The notes under the pieces: model-generated
Database searches by the model: none
The model's input: the letters and a program-made list of their open reading frames with translations, nothing else
Told to the model about the DNA's origin: nothing
Shown: one piece after another, positions 59,768 through 64,000 of the stretch
How positions within the stretch are numbered: position 1 is the stretch's first letter
Layout: each line of letters begins with the position of its first letter
Made by a program: the position numbers and the translations under genes
NCBI GenBank assembly: GCA_965206745.1
Contig: OZ242220.1
Location: 864,001 to 928,000, forward strand
Reading direction: 5' to 3'
DNA: 64,000 bases
Source of the DNA: Nitrosopumilus sp.
GTDB lineage: Archaea > Thermoproteota > Nitrososphaeria > Nitrososphaerales > Nitrosopumilaceae

Positions 59768-60622
59768 TTAAATCAAACACATGCCATGTTCATCTCGTAC
59801 AGCTTGATCAGGACACTTGGTTTGAGTATTTTCTATGTTGCTAGGTTCACTGGTACCTCCGTTTGTTATGACTTGAACAGAATACGAATATTCTGTATCT
59901 GGCTCTAGACCTGTTACTGCATATGACGTATCTGTAGTTGTATCTAGTATTGTGTCCGGTATGCCGTGTGGCGTATGAAATGAAATATCATAATCTGGCA
60001 GGATTCCTCCATTAAGGTTTGGCTGTGTCCATGAAAGCATCACCGAAGTGCTGTTCTCACTTGATATTTTCAAGTCATCAATGGGTTCAGAAGGGGTAGA
60101 AAATGTATTGGAGGACAATGGAATTACAAAAAACGATTCATGCACTTTATCCGTAATCGTATGATTGCCAATTTGTTTTGATGCAGTTAATGAAATTACA
60201 TATTGACCAATTTTGGAATTATCCTGGAAATAATATGTGTCCATAAAATATCCGTTACTGGAGGTATTTTCAGTAAAATTATGAATCAAAACATGTCCCT
60301 TTTTTATCTTGCCTGTGATTGTGGCATTGGTAATTTTCCCGTCATTGAAATAATAGTCCCCTCGTGTATTAATTTCAGGATCAAACAGATAGCCAGAAAC
60401 AACGAAATTATGCTTCCATTGCACAAAATGAGGTTTTTTAATTACGAGATCAATTTGGGGTTCCTTATCAACTGTAACTGTCTCTATGATTTTTGAGCGT
60501 TTATCTGGAGATGCGTTTCTGTTATCCCAATACGCCTCCAAAATTGCCTTGGATTCATCACTGAGAGCATGAACGGAGATTGGCACTAGCATCAATGCAA
60601 ACACCAGCAATAGTATCTTCAT
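59768..60622 (-). CDS. Secreted fibronectin type III domain protein
   Basis: Signal peptide; LSWTQP..NGG....Y...TSY.VTGLEPDTEYSYSVQ....G.SEPS. Confidence 0.88.
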   Translation of the reverse strand: MKILLLVFALMLVPISVHALSDESKAILEAYWDNRNASPDKRSKIIETVTVDKEPQIDLVIKKPHFVQWKHNFVVSGYLFDPEINTRGDYYFNDGKITNATITGKIKKGHVLIHNFTENTSSNGYFMDTYYFQDNSKIGQYVISLTASKQIGNHTITDKVHESFFVIPLSSNTFSTPSEPIDDLKISSENSTSVMLSWTQPNLNGGILPDYDISFHTPHGIPDTILDTTTDTSYAVTGLEPDTEYSYSVQVITNGGTSEPSNIENTQTKCPDQAVRDEHGMCLI

Positions 60623-60812
60623 AACGATTCAAACAAAAGAATCCATTTAACCTTTTATCAAGAAACTGAACGAGCCCAACCAAAAAACTAGGCATGCAAA
60701 TATTCTAAACAATATTGATTCGTGCCTAACCAAGATAATCTCATACGAATCCAGAGTCTGTCTCCAACGACTAGACGCATCAGAATAAAATATAGTAATT
60801 CTTTTAAGAAAT

Positions 60813-62150
60813 TTGACTCCTCGAAATTCATTGAACAAGGTTATTCTGTCAATGCTGGCATTGACTTTGGTTATTACATTGGGTCTGGGATCATCTTATG
60901 CTCAAGATGATTATGTATACCATGATGAAAATGGGAATAAACAACCAAAAGTTTTCTATTATAATAATGGACAGCAGCAATCGGAATTCCACTATGATGA
61001 GGGCGGATTGCTGGAACAAGAAACACGATTTTCTGAAGATGGAAGTATACGCTCACATACCTTTTATGACCATAACGGTTATCCGAATGAACAAATATCC
61101 TATGAATATCATGAAAACGGAAATCTCAAATCAGAAAAACACCATGAAAATGATCATCTGGAAGAAGAAATACTCTACCATGAAAACGGTCAACGTAAAT
61201 CAGAAAAATACTATGAAAGCGGACAACTAGATCAAGAAATATACTATGAATACTATGAAAACGATAAAATCAAATCAGAAAAATATTATAAAAACGGAGA
61301 ACTAAAATCAGAATCAAGTTATCATGAAAACGGGCATCTGGAGCTATATTTGCAATATGATGAAAACAAAAATGTGCAATCAGAAGGCACCTATGATGAA
61401 AACGGACAACTAGAAGATGAGACACGCTTTGAATATTACAAAAATGGAAGTCAGAAATCACTAAAAGAATATGACGATGGGCAATTAGAGTTGGAAACAC
61501 AATTTTACAAAAATGGACATTTCAAATCTACAAAAAAATACACTAACGGACAACTAGAAACAGAATGGCAGCGACATGAAAACGGAGATTTAGAATCAAG
61601 ATCAGACTATCATGAAAATGGAAATAAACAATCATTCACAATATTCAAAAACGGACAACCGAAATCTGAGATTCGTTACGATGAAAATGGGAATTACAAC
61701 TTGTACCGATTGCATCGTGCTGACGGTTCATTAAAATCTGAAAGCCATTATCATGAAAATGGAAAATTAAAATTAGAAATAATCTATTATGAGAACGAAC
61801 TACCACAATCTGAATTTAGTTATTTCTACGATGGACTAATAAAATCAAAAGTCACTTATTTCGAAAACGGACAACTAAATACACTGTTGCAATATAATGA
61901 TATGGGGTTTATACTGGGGTTAAAACCACTAGCGTTTAAACAACTGGAAATTAGTTATTATGAGAATGGACCACTACGATCCGTAACCCATTGGCATGAA
62001 TATAACATGTTAAAATCAAGAACGTACTATGATGAAACTGGCGTATTGAGCGCAGTAATATTATATAATCAAATGGGACACGTACAATCCAAATTCTATA
62101 ATGATGAAAATGAGGAGTCAAAAAAGAATATGACTGGAACGGACAGCTAA
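60813..62150 (+). CDS. Secreted MORN-variant (MORN_2/YwqK-like) repeat protein, paralog of 46532..48706
   Basis: Signal peptide (..SSYAQ) and many YHENG.LKSE repeats. Confidence 0.88.
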   Translation: MTPRNSLNKVILSMLALTLVITLGLGSSYAQDDYVYHDENGNKQPKVFYYNNGQQQSEFHYDEGGLLEQETRFSEDGSIRSHTFYDHNGYPNEQISYEYHENGNLKSEKHHENDHLEEEILYHENGQRKSEKYYESGQLDQEIYYEYYENDKIKSEKYYKNGELKSESSYHENGHLELYLQYDENKNVQSEGTYDENGQLEDETRFEYYKNGSQKSLKEYDDGQLELETQFYKNGHFKSTKKYTNGQLETEWQRHENGDLESRSDYHENGNKQSFTIFKNGQPKSEIRYDENGNYNLYRLHRADGSLKSESHYHENGKLKLEIIYYENELPQSEFSYFYDGLIKSKVTYFENGQLNTLLQYNDMGFILGLKPLAFKQLEISYYENGPLRSVTHWHEYNMLKSRTYYDETGVLSAVILYNQMGHVQSKFYNDENEESKKNMTGTDS

Positions 62151-62421
62151 AATGAGATTTTAAATCCATGGCCTCTCTTTTCATTTCAAATCAATACTTG
62201 GGTTTGGCCATTTAATCACAGTTTGGCTGGTGCGCCCTTACCGGATGCAGTGTGATGTGGCCCTCCTAGACTTGGATATTTTTAGTCTTCACCAAAGTCA
62301 CCATCGTAGCATTCGATGAAATCAAAGTCATAATATTTCATAATATCATTAGATTTTATCACGACATAGGTGTTGGGTGTATGAATATCGTCTTCCTCTG
62401 ATGCCTATATAGGCCGTGTAA

Positions 62422-62634
62422 TTAGTTGGCAGATTCGCCTTGATCAACATCTCTGTTGTACTCATCGACATCTTGATTGTATCTGTCAATCTCCTGGTTC
62501 TCCTCATCGACGTCTCCTTCAAACAGTTCGGGATGTTTCTCTTGTGCCTTTCTCATTAACTTCTTGAATGTGTCAGGATCGTCTTTCTGCAGTTCCAGCA
62601 GTATCTTACCAATGGAATCATCAAGATTGCTCAT
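62422..62634 (-). CDS. Small acidic hypothetical protein
   Basis: ORF coupled to 62631..62987; very acidic C-terminus. Confidence 0.6.
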   Translation of the reverse strand: MSNLDDSIGKILLELQKDDPDTFKKLMRKAQEKHPELFEGDVDEENQEIDRYNQDVDEYNRDVDQGESAN

Positions 62635-62987
62635 ATTGCATTACCTGCCATGCCGTCATTTGTACCAAAATCACTATTTGACCTGACATCATCTTCTAAA
62701 ACGACAATACTGTCTGTACTTTGTGTTGTGTTATTATCGATAAAATACCTGTATCTGTCAACTCGAATTATTTGAAGATCCCTGCCGTTGATTGTGGCAT
62801 TGGATTGGCCTTGGACAATACCTGTAACGCCTATCCCAGAATCCACAATATTTTGTAGCCCTGATGTGTACCTATCAAATTGAGTGCCTTCTAGAACAGG
62901 GGGATTGCAACGTGTAGCATGAACATCTAAGATGGCAAATAACCCTAATGACGATACTCCAAGTGATGGCATATTTATCCTTGGCAT
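62631..62987 (-). CDS. Hypothetical protein
   Basis: Clean ORF overlapping the downstream start (ATGA). Confidence 0.55.
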   Translation of the reverse strand: MPRINMPSLGVSSLGLFAILDVHATRCNPPVLEGTQFDRYTSGLQNIVDSGIGVTGIVQGQSNATINGRDLQIIRVDRYRYFIDNNTTQSTDSIVVLEDDVRSNSDFGTNDGMAGNAI

Positions 62988-63415
62988 TCCTACGCATTTG
63001 CATAAAAGTACAAACTCATTTAAAGATAATCATCAAATACTCTGCCACTCCCATGAATCTGCACACTTGATCAAATTGCCATCTTTAGTCAGAAAACGCA
63101 AATCATAGACATCTCCCAAGAAATCAAGAATCTGAGTTGTTCCCATTTGCAATATGACGTATTCCAGATAATCCTCATTACTTTGTAGGATGTCATAAGA
63201 GACATTGACGTGATGAATGCTGATTCTGCCTCATCAGGATCTCCCTCAACTCGAATTTTTCTGACACATCACCCACTTGGCCTATCAAGGCCTATGGGCC
63301 AAACCTGCAAAGATTATCCCAAGAGATCTCCTTGGTTGATCCCGTATGCCTTTTTGAGAAAATTTCATCACAATAGCCCTAGGAGTTAAATTATATCAAA
63401 ATCAGGCATAATTGT

Positions 63416-64000
63416 TTGAAATTTCTTACAAGTGGTAAGGTAAAGGATCTTTATGATATTGACGAATCAAGCATTCTATTCAAATTCTCAGACAGGGTTT
63501 CAGCATATGACGTAAAGTTCAATCAGGATATTCCCCAAAAGGGGGAGGTCCTCTGCAAATTTGCAGAATTTTGGTTCAACGAGTTGTCAGTGCCAAACCA
63601 TTTCATCAGACGGGAGTCTGACACGGAGATTGTTGTAAAAAAGATGAAGATGCTTCCAATGGAATGCGTGGTTCGTGGCCATTTCTATGGCAGTCTGGTG
63701 AGTCGGTGGAAAGAAGACAAGGCAATTGTACCTGATGGGACTGATACCACCCTAGCTGCACGACTTCCTGAGCCGATATTTGATCCCACGACAAAATCCG
63801 AACATGATGTCCCAATTAACAAGGCAAAGGCGTTGGAGATGAGTCTGGTTACAGAAGGGCAGTACGACTGGCTAGAGGAGACCTCGATTGCCATCTACAA
63901 AAAAATGGCCAGGGTTGCAGATGGTGTCGGATTCATCCTGGCTGATTTAAAACTCGAATTTGGATTGCTTGATGAAAAAATTACTTTGGGTGATTCTATT
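63416..64000 (+). CDS. purC: SAICAR synthetase, 3' end outside window
   Basis: From TTG 63416: MKFLTSGKVKDLY...SDRVSAYD...ECVVRG...DPTTKSEHD...LADLKLEFG. Confidence 0.96.
   Translation, partial: MKFLTSGKVKDLYDIDESSILFKFSDRVSAYDVKFNQDIPQKGEVLCKFAEFWFNELSVPNHFIRRESDTEIVVKKMKMLPMECVVRGHFYGSLVSRWKEDKAIVPDGTDTTLAARLPEPIFDPTTKSEHDVPINKAKALEMSLVTEGQYDWLEETSIAIYKKMARVADGVGFILADLKLEFGLLDEKITLGDSI

Noticed and set aside
46532-62150. Diversity-generating retroelement acting on MORN repeats
   Set aside because: No reverse transcriptase in the window and no TR/VR pair differing only at adenines was seen.

Overview
A 64-kb segment of an ammonia-oxidising archaeon of the Nitrosopumilaceae (Nitrososphaerota/Thaumarchaeota). 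The assignment rests on archaeal EF-2 with the diphthamide loop, PurP, PAC2, futalosine-pathway MqnE/MqnD and many lineage-typical small proteins. Housekeeping blocks (oligopeptide ABC permeases, SNF2 helicase, SOD, CBS-TrkH, TatAC, purS-Q-L-F...C) are interrupted by four accessory islands that look more AT-rich by eye. (1) ~18.4-25.4 kb is a defence island: an AbrB-like ORF, two beta-class DNA methyltransferases flanking an endonuclease that appears to be two fused PvuII-like domains (one lacking its catalytic Asp), a GmrSD-type enzyme, small Zn/HNH proteins and a decayed transposase. (2) ~29.3-33.7 kb, directly after EF-2, holds a PH-like protein, a Hint-like remnant, a solo Cas4-like nuclease, an extremely basic 15-residue-repeat protein and an RHH regulator. 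(3, 4) ~46.5-48.7 kb and ~59.8-63.4 kb encode secreted MORN-variant repeat proteins and an FN3 protein. An apparently independent, highly structured ~130-nt RNA candidate lies at ~49,976-50,110. Pseudogenes and surface-repeat proteins hint at a host-associated lineage (inference). No rRNA, tRNA or CRISPR array was recognised. All family calls come from motif recognition, not database searches.
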